NCBI GenBank assembly: GCA_017541975.1
Contig: JAFXYB010000002.1
Location: 335-64,334 of the forward strand
Origin: a bacterium
GTDB taxonomy: Bacteria > Bacillota_I > Bacilli_A > Izemoplasmatales > UBA1188
Length of the DNA: 64,000 nt
Reading direction: 5' to 3'
Shown: in pieces, positions 43,304-54,042 of the stretch
How the letters are laid out: each line of letters starts with the position of its first letter
Numbering within the stretch: the stretch's first letter is position 1
Made by a program: the position numbers and the translations under genes
The notes under the pieces: generated by a model
Databases searched by the model: none
What the model saw: the letters and a program-made list of their open reading frames with translations, nothing else
What the model was told of the DNA's origin: nothing

Positions 43304-44638
43304 ATGCCTGATCAAAAAGTTTTAGCTAATCGTGATGCTGAACAATCTATTTTAGGTTCAGTGTTTTACGATGAATCCACTATAAGATTATTGTTTGATA
43401 AACTAAAACCTGCAGATTTTTATTATCTTCGCCATCAAACAATTTATGCTACTATGCTTGATCTTTTTAGAAGAAACATTCCAATTGATACTACTACAGT
43501 AATTTCAAGCCTTGAAGATAATGGAAAGCTCAATGAATGTGGTGGTGCTGAATATGTATTCGGACTTATGGATGCCGTTCCATCAGTTTCTAACATTGAG
43601 ACATACATCAACATCGTTAAAGATAAATCTGTGCAAAGAAATGTTGCACAACTTTGTAATGATATCTTAAAAGAATTAAATAATGATATTCCAGACAGTA
43701 AGCTCTTCTTAGATGATGTAGAAAAGAGAGTATTTGAAGCTACACGTGAAAGATCTGTCAGCGAATTCGTAGAAATCGCAGATTTATTAAATGAAGTAAC
43801 ACAAAAGATTCAAATAAACGCTCAAAGAGAAGGCGAAGTAATCGGTTTTGATACTGGATACAAAGAATTAAATAAACTCACTCTCGGTTTCCAAGGTTCA
43901 CAGTTGATAATACTTGCTGCTCGTCCATCTATGGGTAAAACAGCACTAGGTTTAAATCTTGCATGTAACATTGCATCACTTAAATCTAGACCATATGTTG
44001 CATTCTTCTCGTTAGAAATGGGTTTAGATCAATTAGCCTTACGTCTTATTTCTCAAAAGAGTAATATCAATCAAAATGAACTCAAGACAGGTAAGTTTAA
44101 AGACCCAACTGCTTGGAATAGAATCAACTACGCTATATCAGAACTTCAAAACTATCATCTAATGTTTGATGATACAGGCACATCTTCAGTTCAAGATTTA
44201 AGAAGTTTATGTCGTAAGAAAAAGAGTGAAGGCAAACTTGATTTCATCGTAATCGACTACCTTCAACTTTTAAAATCATCATCTCATTATGAAAGCCGTG
44301 TTCAAGAAGTATCAGAGATTTCAAGAACACTTAAACAAATCGCAAAAGAGTTAGACGTTCCTGTGCTAGCTTTATCACAATTATCACGTCAAGTCGATGC
44401 TAGACCTGACAAACACCCAGTTATGTCAGACCTTCGTGAATCTGGCTCAATCGAACAAGATGCCGATATCGTAATGTTTATTTATCGTGATGAATATTAT
44501 AAGAAAGATCAATCAGAAAAACCAAATATTGCCGATATCGAAGTCGCAAAGAACCGTAGTGGTATGATTGGCAGATTAGAGCTTATATTTAAAGCGGAAT
44601 GTACTAACTTCATCGATATGGAACAGAGAGGAAATTAA
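43304..44638 (+). CDS. dnaB: Replicative DNA helicase DnaB (DnaC of Bacilli)
   Basis: AEQSILGS N-terminus, Walker A ARPSMGKTA, and VIDYLQL. gdpP-rplI-dnaB synteny. Confidence 0.95.
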   Translation: MPDQKVLANRDAEQSILGSVFYDESTIRLLFDKLKPADFYYLRHQTIYATMLDLFRRNIPIDTTTVISSLEDNGKLNECGGAEYVFGLMDAVPSVSNIETYINIVKDKSVQRNVAQLCNDILKELNNDIPDSKLFLDDVEKRVFEATRERSVSEFVEIADLLNEVTQKIQINAQREGEVIGFDTGYKELNKLTLGFQGSQLIILAARPSMGKTALGLNLACNIASLKSRPYVAFFSLEMGLDQLALRLISQKSNINQNELKTGKFKDPTAWNRINYAISELQNYHLMFDDTGTSSVQDLRSLCRKKKSEGKLDFIVIDYLQLLKSSSHYESRVQEVSEISRTLKQIAKELDVPVLALSQLSRQVDARPDKHPVMSDLRESGSIEQDADIVMFIYRDEYYKKDQSEKPNIADIEVAKNRSGMIGRLELIFKAECTNFIDMEQRGN

Positions 44639-44643
44639 TTTTT

Positions 44644-45717
44644 ATGTTAATCACATCGCGTTTGGATCAAATAGAAAAAAGAGCGGCTTCTATTCAAGAA
44701 GAATTATTGAAGCCAGAACTCCAACAAAATATCAAAAAGATGACAGAATTATCAAAAGAATTATCTTCTTATGATAAAGTCCTCACAGCTTATAATGAAT
44801 ATAAAAAGCTCGTATCATCTCTTGATGAACTTAAAGCAATGTCAACTGATCCTGATCCAGAAATAAGCGAAATTGCCACAATGGAGCTTGAAACAAGTAA
44901 GACAAGAATCGAAGAACTTGAAAAACAGATTCAAATCTTACTTATTCCAAAAGATCCTAATGATGAAAAGAACGTTATTATGCAAATAAGAGGTGCTGCT
45001 GGTGGAGATGAAGCCAACATATTTGCTGGCGATCTTTTCCGCATGTATTCTAAATACTGTGAAGCCCATAACTTCAAAATTCAAGTCACAAACGCAGATA
45101 TTTGTGAAGCTGGAGGCTTCTCACAAATAGAGGTTATCATCGTAGGTAATGGTGCTTATTCTAAGCTCAAATATGAATCTGGCGTTCATAGAGTTCAACG
45201 TATCCCTGTGACAGAAACATCTGGTAGAATTCACACATCAACCGCAACAGTATTAGTTATTCCTGAAGCCGAAGATGTAGATTTTGAACTCAACATGGAA
45301 GAAATAAGAGTAGATATCTTTCATTCATCAGGTGCAGGAGGCCAAGGTGTTAACACAACATCAAGTGCTATTCGTGTAACCCACCTTCCAACTGGCACTA
45401 TTGTCACATGCCAAAATGAACGTAGCCAACATGAAAATAAAGCACAAGCCTTAAAGGTCTTAAAATCAAGACTTTACGATAAAATGATGCGCGAAAAAGA
45501 AGAAAAAGAAGGCGCAGAAAGATTATCAAAAATCGGTACTGGTGATCGTAGCGAAAAGATTAGAACTTATAACTATCCACAAAATCGTATCACAGATCAT
45601 AGAATCAACTTCACTATCCAACAACTAGATAGAGTTATGGAAGGAAAGCTTGATCCTATTATCGACGCTCTTGAAGAAGAAGAAATCATCAGTAAACTCG
45701 AAAAGAAAGAAGAATAG
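44644..45717 (+). CDS. prfA: Peptide chain release factor 1
   Basis: GGQ motif in SSGAGGQGVNTT and the RF1-type tripeptide region PVTETSGRIHTS (PxT). Confidence 0.95.
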   Translation: MLITSRLDQIEKRAASIQEELLKPELQQNIKKMTELSKELSSYDKVLTAYNEYKKLVSSLDELKAMSTDPDPEISEIATMELETSKTRIEELEKQIQILLIPKDPNDEKNVIMQIRGAAGGDEANIFAGDLFRMYSKYCEAHNFKIQVTNADICEAGGFSQIEVIIVGNGAYSKLKYESGVHRVQRIPVTETSGRIHTSTATVLVIPEAEDVDFELNMEEIRVDIFHSSGAGGQGVNTTSSAIRVTHLPTGTIVTCQNERSQHENKAQALKVLKSRLYDKMMREKEEKEGAERLSKIGTGDRSEKIRTYNYPQNRITDHRINFTIQQLDRVMEGKLDPIIDALEEEEIISKLEKKEE

Positions 45718-45718
45718 A

Positions 45719-46567
45719 ATGACTTATAAAGAGTTATTAAAAGTTGGAGAAAGAAAAGCTCAAAAATATAAAGTGGAGAAGAGTGCTGTAAAAAGCCTTC
45801 TCCTTTTTGCATCAAACAAAGAACCATCTAAACTATATTTAGAACTAGATGATGAATGTCCTATAGATGTTGAATCTAAATTTCTAGAACTTTTAGATGA
45901 ATATACAGTAAAAGGAAGACCTGTTCAATACATTCTTGGATTCGCTTATTTTTATGGTTATAAAATCCTCGTGAATGAAGGCACATTAATCCCAAGATGG
46001 GAAACAGAAGAACTTACTAATAATATACTTATATATTATGATAGAATGTTCAAAGGACAAAAAGTAAAAGTCTTAGATCTTGGAACTGGTTCTGGAGCCA
46101 TCGCAATCGCCCTTAAAAAGGAAGAACCAAACATGATTGTATCTGCATCAGATATCTCAGCCGATGCGATAGATGAAGCAAAAAGAAGTGCTAAGTTAAA
46201 TGATGCCGAAATCGATTTTAGAATTGGTTCTTGGTTCGAACCATTTAGTGAAGATGAAAAGTTTGATATTATCGTATCTAATCCCCCATATCTGACCACA
46301 AAAGAATATGTTGAAGATGTCGTAAAAAACAATGAACCAGATGTAGCTCTCTATGGTGGCGATGATGGACTAAAGTTCTATCGAGTTATTTTAGAGAATG
46401 CTCAAAAGTATGTTAATAAAGAAAAATTCATCATCGGGTTTGAACACGGATACGATAAAAAAGATGAGCTAAACCTCATAATAAAATCACATTTCAAAGA
46501 TGTAAAAATTATCAATTTAAAAGACTCAATGGAACGTGATAGAATGACCATTATTATTAAAGAATAA
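45719..46567 (+). CDS. prmC: Release factor glutamine methyltransferase PrmC
   Basis: ATG lies 1 nt after the prfA stop. SAM motif VLDLGTGSGAIAI and catalytic NPPY. Confidence 0.9.
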   Translation: MTYKELLKVGERKAQKYKVEKSAVKSLLLFASNKEPSKLYLELDDECPIDVESKFLELLDEYTVKGRPVQYILGFAYFYGYKILVNEGTLIPRWETEELTNNILIYYDRMFKGQKVKVLDLGTGSGAIAIALKKEEPNMIVSASDISADAIDEAKRSAKLNDAEIDFRIGSWFEPFSEDEKFDIIVSNPPYLTTKEYVEDVVKNNEPDVALYGGDDGLKFYRVILENAQKYVNKEKFIIGFEHGYDKKDELNLIIKSHFKDVKIINLKDSMERDRMTIIIKE

Positions 46568-46651
46568 TGGTCAATTTTTTTTCAAAAATTTTTAGTTGAC
46601 TAGAGCCTATTTCGTGTGTTTATAATTATCAATAGTTAAAGGAGGCCACGC

Positions 46652-48634
46652 ATGAATTTAGTAATTGTTGAGTCGCCAGGAAAAACTAAAACTATCGAAA
46701 ATTTTCTTGGGGAAGATTATAAAGTTGTTGCATCAAAAGGCCATATAAGAGATATTAAAAACACTGGGATAGATAATCTTGGATTAGATTTTAATAATAA
46801 CTATAAACCTGTATACGCGATTATTCCTCATCAAGAAAGTACAGTAAGAATGTTAAACAAAGAAGTTGAAAAAGCTTCAAACATCTTTCTCGCAACTGAC
46901 CCTGATAGAGAAGGAGAAGCTATTAGCTGGCATTTAAATGAGGTATTAAACTTCGGTGGTAAAACAGTTAAAAGAATTGAATTTAACGAAATTACCAAAG
47001 ATGCAGTACAAGAAGCAATAAAAAATCCGCGTGATATCGACACAAATATCTTCGCTAGTCAAGAGACAAGGAAGATAATGGATAGAATTATCGGTTTTAA
47101 ATTATCATCTCTACTCAAAAAGGCTATTGGTTCATCAAAAGAAACAATAAGTGCAGGTAGGGTACAAAGCGTTGCCCTCAAGATGATAATAAACAGAGAA
47201 GAAGAAATAAATAGTTTTAATAAAGAAACATATTATGAAATCGAAGCGCAGTTTAGACATTTCAAAGCTAAACTAGTTGATTCAAACAACCCAAAGAAAA
47301 CACTCCAGTTTACAGAACTTGGTAAAGCTGAATCTATCTTAGCCGATTTAGATGAAAACTATATTGTAAAAGAAATCATCTACGGCACAAGAAAAGAAAC
47401 AGCACCAGCTCCATTTACAACATCAACCCTCCTTCAATCAGCATTAAATAAGTATTCTATGTCTTCATCAAGAACACTTAAAATCGCTCAAGAATTATAC
47501 GAAGGTGTTGAAATAAATGGAAGACATGTAGCACTTATCACCTATATGCGAAGCGATTCCACTAGATTAAGTGACCAATTCATGGGTTCTCTTGTCAATC
47601 ATTTAAAGAGAAAATATGGTGAAGATTCAATCGGCTACGCTCATAAAGCTAATAATAATAAGTCAGCTCAAGATGCGCATGAAGCAATTCGTCCTGTATC
47701 ACTCAAAAACACCTTAGAAATGGTAGAACCATACCTTTCTAAGGAACAATTCAAAATCTATAAACTTATATATACTCAGACTGAAGCATCAATGATGAAA
47801 GATGCTATCTATGAAACAAAGACTGCACTTTTTTCAAATAATGGTCATATATTCTCTGTGACATTTGAAAGACCAGAATTACCTGGATTCAAACTCGCAA
47901 AAGACGGGGTCGCAGAACCTAAGTATTACTTTAATCATCTAGAAGGCGATGTAATGAAGCCAACTAAAGAAGCCTATTACTTAGAAAAAACTACAGAAGG
48001 ACCAAAACGCTTTACTGAGGCCACTCTTATTAAAGAGATGGAATCATCAGGAATCGGTAGACCATCTACCTATGCAACCACAATTAATACTCTTAAAATG
48101 AGAAAATATGTGGAAATCGAAAAGAAACAAGTTGTACCTACTAAACTCGGTACAATGGCATCTAAATTCTTAGATGAACGTTTCAGTGATATCATCAACA
48201 TCAACTACACAGCATCAATGGAAAAAGAACTCGATGAAATTGCCGTCGGTTCCCTAAAAGAAGAAAACGTTGTAGATGATTTCTATAAAACATTCAAAAA
48301 GAATTTTGAAGTTGCAGATAAACCTCCATTTGCCATCTATACAGGTGAAATATGTCCTAAATGTGGTTCAAAAATGAGCTTCAGAAGCAATAGTTATGGT
48401 GTGTTTGAAGCTTGTTCAAATTATCCAACTTGTAAATACATAAAGAAACAAGAAGTTGAACAAGAAACCGATACTGAAACCGAATTATTAGAATGTCCAG
48501 AATGCCATACAGGTCACCTTGTAGTTAAAGAGGCAAGAGTTGGTAAAAAACGTGGAAACAAGTTCTACGGATGTTCTAATTATCCAACTTGTAAATTCAC
48601 AATAGATTTAAAAGACTATGTGAGAAAGAAATAA
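46652..48634 (+). CDS. topA: DNA topoisomerase I
   Basis: TOPRIM start LVIVESPGKTKTI, DPDREGEAI, the active-site region ITYMRSDS, and C-terminal CPKCG / CPECH zinc ribbons. Confidence 0.95.
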   Translation: MNLVIVESPGKTKTIENFLGEDYKVVASKGHIRDIKNTGIDNLGLDFNNNYKPVYAIIPHQESTVRMLNKEVEKASNIFLATDPDREGEAISWHLNEVLNFGGKTVKRIEFNEITKDAVQEAIKNPRDIDTNIFASQETRKIMDRIIGFKLSSLLKKAIGSSKETISAGRVQSVALKMIINREEEINSFNKETYYEIEAQFRHFKAKLVDSNNPKKTLQFTELGKAESILADLDENYIVKEIIYGTRKETAPAPFTTSTLLQSALNKYSMSSSRTLKIAQELYEGVEINGRHVALITYMRSDSTRLSDQFMGSLVNHLKRKYGEDSIGYAHKANNNKSAQDAHEAIRPVSLKNTLEMVEPYLSKEQFKIYKLIYTQTEASMMKDAIYETKTALFSNNGHIFSVTFERPELPGFKLAKDGVAEPKYYFNHLEGDVMKPTKEAYYLEKTTEGPKRFTEATLIKEMESSGIGRPSTYATTINTLKMRKYVEIEKKQVVPTKLGTMASKFLDERFSDIININYTASMEKELDEIAVGSLKEENVVDDFYKTFKKNFEVADKPPFAIYTGEICPKCGSKMSFRSNSYGVFEACSNYPTCKYIKKQEVEQETDTETELLECPECHTGHLVVKEARVGKKRGNKFYGCSNYPTCKFTIDLKDYVRKK

Positions 48635-48644
48635 CCAATATTAT

Positions 48645-48718
48645 ATCTCCAAAACAAAAGCTTAATCAAGAGATGCAAAATCTTTATGGTTCTGTAGTTT
48701 TGTCTTGGAGATTTTTTT
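48645..48718 (+). terminator. Long hairpin terminator after topA
   Basis: ATCTCCAAAACAAAA (48645-48659) pairs with TTTTGTCTTGGAGAT (48698-48712) with one mismatch, followed by TTTTTT. Confidence 0.65.
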
Positions 48719-48834
48719 ACGAGTGATAAATTATGATATGACATTTTCAAGACATAGACGAATTATTGAAATAAAGAAGTATATATAGTATAATGTTATC
48801 AATAATAATACATTGCAAATGGAGGGCTAAAACG

Positions 48835-50478
48835 ATGCCAAATAATTCTTTTTCTGATTATGTAGATATTCCTATTGGCAATAATTGTATTTTTGCCTTG
48901 CTTAATAGATGCAATAGCACATCAATATCGTTAGATTTGATGCCTATAGGCGTCGGTTTGAACTATATAAATCAATATTATTACGTTGATTTAGGATGTG
49001 CAATTAACCTAAGTACAGCCCTCGCATCGTATAATATTCCAAGATCATCCATAAAGACAATAAGCTTTTATTTTAAAGGAACAAATAATGTAGGAGATTT
49101 AGAATCGATTGGTTGGAACGATGAGGACGATTCTTTACCAGCAACTTACTTAGGTGATTTTGACTATAATATACCAATTGATTCATCCTTTTTTAATCCC
49201 ACTACTGGTTTATATATCTTCAAAATAAGGGCAGCATCTACAAATATTTATACAACCTTAGATTTGATGAGTTCTTATATAAGAGTTGAATATTTATTAT
49301 TAGACGATATCTACATATATTCTGCTCCTAATACAACAAGATATTTAAATGATAGTGAGTTAAACTTAGATGGTTTAGTTTTGATGGCTCGTTTTTTAGA
49401 CGAAACAGAGAGGCAAATATATGATTTTAGTTCAAATCCAAATAGTGATGAAAAATTAAATCCTGATATAACACAAATTACATTTACATATAAAGTTCGC
49501 AACACTACAAAAACAGCAGTTCAAAATATAGTAGTCGAACAATGGAAAAGAGAGTGTATAGATATATCATATGATAATAATACATTACAAAAAGCAGATA
49601 TTTATATCCCAAAGCAAGTTAATCCGAACGACACATTTCCTGTATTGCTAACAATACATGGGGGAGGTTTTTATTCAGGTCAAAAAGAAGATTTTAATTA
49701 CATTAGAAAAACGATTGTTTCGCAAGGGCTCATTCATGTCAATATGAATTATAGATTGATGCCAGATCCTCACGCTCAATCATATGTTCTAGATGCATCA
49801 AACGCAAATTATTTAAATATGTTAGAGGATATTCGATTATTAATATTGCATTTATATAACAACTCTAATAGATATAATATTGATGTTTCTAAAATCGCTT
49901 TAATGGGATATAGTGCTGGTGGAAACTTAGCATTTAATTACACATTAAGATCTCTATTAAATTCCGGAAACGATAAAATAACGAGTTCGATTCCAGTTGA
50001 ATTAATAATAACAGAAGGTGCTCCATTTTATGAAGAGCTAAGTCTTAGTAATGATGGTTTAACATTTGATAATGGCAGTTATATTCAAGAATCATCAGCT
50101 CAAAATGGTATAAAAGCGGAAATGGAAGCTTTGATTCATTGGGGACTAAGTTCGTATTTCGATATATCAAAAATTAAACCTTTGACTTTTTTAACAATAG
50201 GTCAAACTCTCCCATTAAATCTATTCGTGCAAGGAATTGGATATAAACCTAATGGCGATTATTCAAATGGAAATGAAAAAACAGGAGATACATTAGTTAG
50301 CAATGAAGGAATATTATTAATGAGCAATAATGCAGCATATAATGTTAATCCAAATTATTTATTTCTTAATTGCAAGCACGATGAATATCAGTTATTTTTT
50401 GAATCAAATTATGTGAATTATAAAACAACACTCATTTCTTTATTAAACACTTTTAAGACTCCAAACGGAGGAAATTAA
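48835..50478 (+). CDS. Alpha/beta-hydrolase (family IV esterase/lipase-like) with ~270-aa N-terminal extension
   Basis: ATG follows GGAGGG. HGGGFYSG oxyanion motif and GYSAGGNLA nucleophile elbow. The N-terminal part contains an Ig-like segment (NTTRYLNDSELNLDGLVLMARF). No signal peptide. Confidence 0.75.
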   Translation: MPNNSFSDYVDIPIGNNCIFALLNRCNSTSISLDLMPIGVGLNYINQYYYVDLGCAINLSTALASYNIPRSSIKTISFYFKGTNNVGDLESIGWNDEDDSLPATYLGDFDYNIPIDSSFFNPTTGLYIFKIRAASTNIYTTLDLMSSYIRVEYLLLDDIYIYSAPNTTRYLNDSELNLDGLVLMARFLDETERQIYDFSSNPNSDEKLNPDITQITFTYKVRNTTKTAVQNIVVEQWKRECIDISYDNNTLQKADIYIPKQVNPNDTFPVLLTIHGGGFYSGQKEDFNYIRKTIVSQGLIHVNMNYRLMPDPHAQSYVLDASNANYLNMLEDIRLLILHLYNNSNRYNIDVSKIALMGYSAGGNLAFNYTLRSLLNSGNDKITSSIPVELIITEGAPFYEELSLSNDGLTFDNGSYIQESSAQNGIKAEMEALIHWGLSSYFDISKIKPLTFLTIGQTLPLNLFVQGIGYKPNGDYSNGNEKTGDTLVSNEGILLMSNNAAYNVNPNYLFLNCKHDEYQLFFESNYVNYKTTLISLLNTFKTPNGGN

Positions 50479-50479
50479 A

Positions 50480-52960
50480 ATGAAAAGAAGATTAGTTTCA
50501 TTATTAATTATTATTTTGTTTCTTTCTGCTTGTAGGGAAAATACAACTACACAAGAACCATTTTCAACAACAACTGAAGAAATTACTACAACACAGGAGA
50601 ATATAACAACCGCACAAGAAGAGATAACTACTACAACTCAAGAGAATATAACCACAGAACATATCCATAGTTACACTACTGATTGGATAGTAGTAGAACC
50701 TACTGATATAGCTAACGGGTATAGATATAAAAAATGCAATGGATGTGATCGTATTTACATTGATCCAGATTATGTACTAGATTCATTATCATATATTGAT
50801 GGTCTTGTATTTGAACTATCTGAAGATGAAACATATTATATAGTTTCAGGAAAAAAAGATTATAACTATGATACTGTGGTTATCCCAGCATTTTATAATA
50901 ATAAACCGGTAAAAGAGATAAAGGACTATGGTTTTGCTTATAACACAAATGTTGCTTCAGTGTACATTTCCCGTGGTATTACATCAATAAAATATAACGC
51001 CTTCTTAAAATGCAGTTGTTTAGCATCTATTGTTATTCCAAGTTCAATAGATATAATTAGTAATAATGTATTTGAAAAATGCTCATCTCTAGTTTTTAAT
51101 GAATATGATAATGGGTATTATTTGGGTAATGAAGCAAACAATTATTTGATATTTGTTGAAGCAAAATCAAATGACATCTCATCAATCGAAATAAATAACG
51201 ATTGTAAGATTATATTGGCAAGTGCTTTTGAAGAATGCCAAAATTTAGCTTCAATTGGAATATCGAATAACATAAAATCAATTGGGTATAATGCTTTTAG
51301 AAATTGTTCATCACTTGAGTCGTTTACGATTCCTCAAAGTATAAAAACAATAGAAAATAAACTTTTTTATAATTGTTCTTCGCTTAAAACGATTGTAATC
51401 CCTGAAGGAGTTGTTTCTATAAGCGAAGGAGCTTTTTATGGGTGTTCATCTCTTGAAAGTCTTTTTATTCCAAAAGATATATCGAGCATCTCACATAGTT
51501 CATTTTATAAATGTTGTGCATTAAATAGTATAATTGTGGACGATTCAAACAAGTGTTATAATTCTAATAACGATTGTAATTGTTTAATTGAAACAAAAAC
51601 CAAAACAATAATAATTGGAACGAATAATTCAATTATTAATAGTGATATAGAAATAATTAATGACTATGCATTTTATAATTGTTCATTATTAAATAATATA
51701 ATATTGCCGAAAACATTAATGTCTATAGGTGAATATGCATTCTCTAATTGTTCATCAATTGAAGAAATTATATTTCCAGATTCATTAACAACAATAAAAG
51801 ATAATGCTTTTTCCGATTGTACATCATTAAGTTTTGTAAAAATGCCAAAAAATATAGACACTTTTGGTTGTTGGATTTTTTATAATTGTCCTCTCTTAAA
51901 AACCTCTGGTCCTAATAATGGCAATTATGATGTTGAATTTTCTTGGGATGAAACAATACCACATAATGCCTTTTATGGTTGCTGTTCACTTAAATCAATT
52001 ACTATTCCTGAAACTATCAAAGCAATTAAATCTTATGCATTTTGCGGATGCTGGAATCTTGATTCTATAATAATTCCAAAAAACGTTGAAGAAATAGAAA
52101 ATTCTATTTTTGCTGATTGCTATAGATTGTATGAAGTATACAATTTGAGTTCTGTATCACTCGATAACGCATTTAAGGACTTTTATGTTGACCACAAAAA
52201 TGTGAATGATGTAATTATTCATAAATCAATGGAAGAAGAAACAGTAATAAAGAATGTAGATGACTTTCTTTTTTACAAAAAAGACAATGCTTACTATTTA
52301 TTTGATTATATAGGAAATATAAAAAGCATCAGTCTACCATCAAAAGTAGAAGAAACATCGTATTACTTGACGCCATTCTGTTTTGCATATAACACAACAA
52401 TAGAAACGGTTGTATTTTCCGAATCAATTGTGTCTATAAGCGATTATGCATTTAATGGTTGCAAAAGTATCAAATCAATATCATTGCCAAGTTCATTAAA
52501 TAAAATCGGTTATCGTTCTTTTTGTTCTTGTTTATCATTAACATCGATAAATATACCTAGTAGCGTTACTTCAATAGAAAGAGGCGCTTTTATGGGTTGT
52601 GAATCTTTGGAATCAATAGAACTCCCAAATGGTTTAATTAAAATAAATGATGATCTTTTTAGCTCATGTAAATCATTGAAACAGATTATTATACCTAATT
52701 CTGTATTATCTATTGAAAGTCATTCATTTTTACATTGTTATGAACTAGAAACAATCACAATCCCTAAAAGTGTAAAAAATATTGGTGGAGGCGCTTTTGA
52801 ATATTGCAATTCTCTCAAGAATATAATATACACCGGAACAATGGATGAATGGAATTCGATTTCTATAGAGCTTTCAATGGATTATGTTTTGTGGAAAGAA
52901 TACGATTCATTTCCAAAGTGTACAATACATTGTGTCGATGGGGATATCGAACGAAATTGA
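50480..52960 (+). CDS. BspA-type leucine-rich-repeat surface lipoprotein
   Basis: Lipobox LFLSAC, a Thr-rich ITTTQENITT linker, then about 20 Cys-containing LRRs of the pattern AFxxCxSLxSIxIPxSVxxI. Confidence 0.85.
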   Translation: MKRRLVSLLIIILFLSACRENTTTQEPFSTTTEEITTTQENITTAQEEITTTTQENITTEHIHSYTTDWIVVEPTDIANGYRYKKCNGCDRIYIDPDYVLDSLSYIDGLVFELSEDETYYIVSGKKDYNYDTVVIPAFYNNKPVKEIKDYGFAYNTNVASVYISRGITSIKYNAFLKCSCLASIVIPSSIDIISNNVFEKCSSLVFNEYDNGYYLGNEANNYLIFVEAKSNDISSIEINNDCKIILASAFEECQNLASIGISNNIKSIGYNAFRNCSSLESFTIPQSIKTIENKLFYNCSSLKTIVIPEGVVSISEGAFYGCSSLESLFIPKDISSISHSSFYKCCALNSIIVDDSNKCYNSNNDCNCLIETKTKTIIIGTNNSIINSDIEIINDYAFYNCSLLNNIILPKTLMSIGEYAFSNCSSIEEIIFPDSLTTIKDNAFSDCTSLSFVKMPKNIDTFGCWIFYNCPLLKTSGPNNGNYDVEFSWDETIPHNAFYGCCSLKSITIPETIKAIKSYAFCGCWNLDSIIIPKNVEEIENSIFADCYRLYEVYNLSSVSLDNAFKDFYVDHKNVNDVIIHKSMEEETVIKNVDDFLFYKKDNAYYLFDYIGNIKSISLPSKVEETSYYLTPFCFAYNTTIETVVFSESIVSISDYAFNGCKSIKSISLPSSLNKIGYRSFCSCLSLTSINIPSSVTSIERGAFMGCESLESIELPNGLIKINDDLFSSCKSLKQIIIPNSVLSIESHSFLHCYELETITIPKSVKNIGGGAFEYCNSLKNIIYTGTMDEWNSISIELSMDYVLWKEYDSFPKCTIHCVDGDIERN

Positions 52961-52985
52961 AATTATCAAGAACTATAAAAAACAA

Positions 52986-53016
52986 TAAGAAAGCGCAACT
53001 CGCTTTCTTATTTTTT
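52986..53016 (+). terminator. Intrinsic terminator
   Basis: TAAGAAAGCG / CGCTTTCTTA stem followed by TTTTTT. Confidence 0.85.
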
Positions 53017-53058
53017 GAATCATTATGTTATAATGATACGTAGGACAAAGGTGGACTT

Positions 53059-54042
53059 ATGGGATTCTTTAAAAATTTATTCAAATCAAGAGAAGAAAAA
53101 CAAAAAGCCAAAAAGATGGAATTAGGATTAAAAAAGACAAAATCCTATTCTTTTTCTAATCTTAAAACTCTCCTAGAATCTAAAAAGAAAGTTGATGATG
53201 CTTTTTTAAATGAACTTGAAGAAGTATTAATTCTTTCTGATATGGGTATGGATTTCACAAACGCTTATATGGAAGCCCTAAGAAAAGATATCAAGAAACA
53301 TCGTATTACAAGTGTAGACGAACTCAAAGGTATCCTTTTCGATAACTTCTATAATATGTATAAAGGAAGAGAAAACCAATCATTAAATATCGCAAAAAGT
53401 GGACCTACAGTATATCTATTCATGGGTGTAAATGGTAGTGGTAAAACCACATCCATCGCAAAACTTGCCTATAGGCTTAAGAATGAAGGCAAAAAAGTTC
53501 TATTAGCTGCCGGTGATACATTTAGAGCTGCCGCTAGAGAACAACTCGAAACTTGGGGTGAAAGATTAAATATCCCAGTTGTTTCAAAACCTGATGGATC
53601 AGATCCTACAAGTGTAATATTTGATGCGATGAAGAAAGCGAAAGCTGAAAACTATGATTATCTTCTCTGTGATACTGCCGGAAGACTTCAAACTAAAGTT
53701 AATCTAATGAAAGAATTAGAAAAGATCTATAGAGTTATCGGAAGAGAGATAAGCGATGCTCCACACGAAGCATTCCTTGTTATCGACGCAACCACAGGAC
53801 AAAACGGTTTAAATCAAGCGAAAGTGTTCAATGAAGTCGCAAAAGTTTCAGGCGTTATACTCACAAAACTTGATGGCTCATCAAAAGGTGGTGTAGTTTT
53901 ATCTATAAGTAATACCCTTGGTATTCCAGTTAAGATGTATGGATTTGGTGAGAAAGCTGAAGATTTTGATAACTTCGATATCGACTCATATCTATATTCA
54001 ATATTCAATGGCGTCTTATTTGAAGAGAGTGAAACAGAATAA
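53059..54042 (+). CDS. ftsY: Signal recognition particle receptor FtsY
   Basis: GVNGSGKTTSIAKLA, DTAGRL and TKLDGSSKGG GTPase motifs. Confidence 0.95.
   Translation: MGFFKNLFKSREEKQKAKKMELGLKKTKSYSFSNLKTLLESKKKVDDAFLNELEEVLILSDMGMDFTNAYMEALRKDIKKHRITSVDELKGILFDNFYNMYKGRENQSLNIAKSGPTVYLFMGVNGSGKTTSIAKLAYRLKNEGKKVLLAAGDTFRAAAREQLETWGERLNIPVVSKPDGSDPTSVIFDAMKKAKAENYDYLLCDTAGRLQTKVNLMKELEKIYRVIGREISDAPHEAFLVIDATTGQNGLNQAKVFNEVAKVSGVILTKLDGSSKGGVVLSISNTLGIPVKMYGFGEKAEDFDNFDIDSYLYSIFNGVLFEESETE

Noticed and set aside
52849-53043. 64-aa ORF spanning the end of the LRR gene and the ftsY upstream region.
   Set aside because: It overlaps the LRR coding frame and a strong terminator, has no SD, and looks like a spurious ORF.
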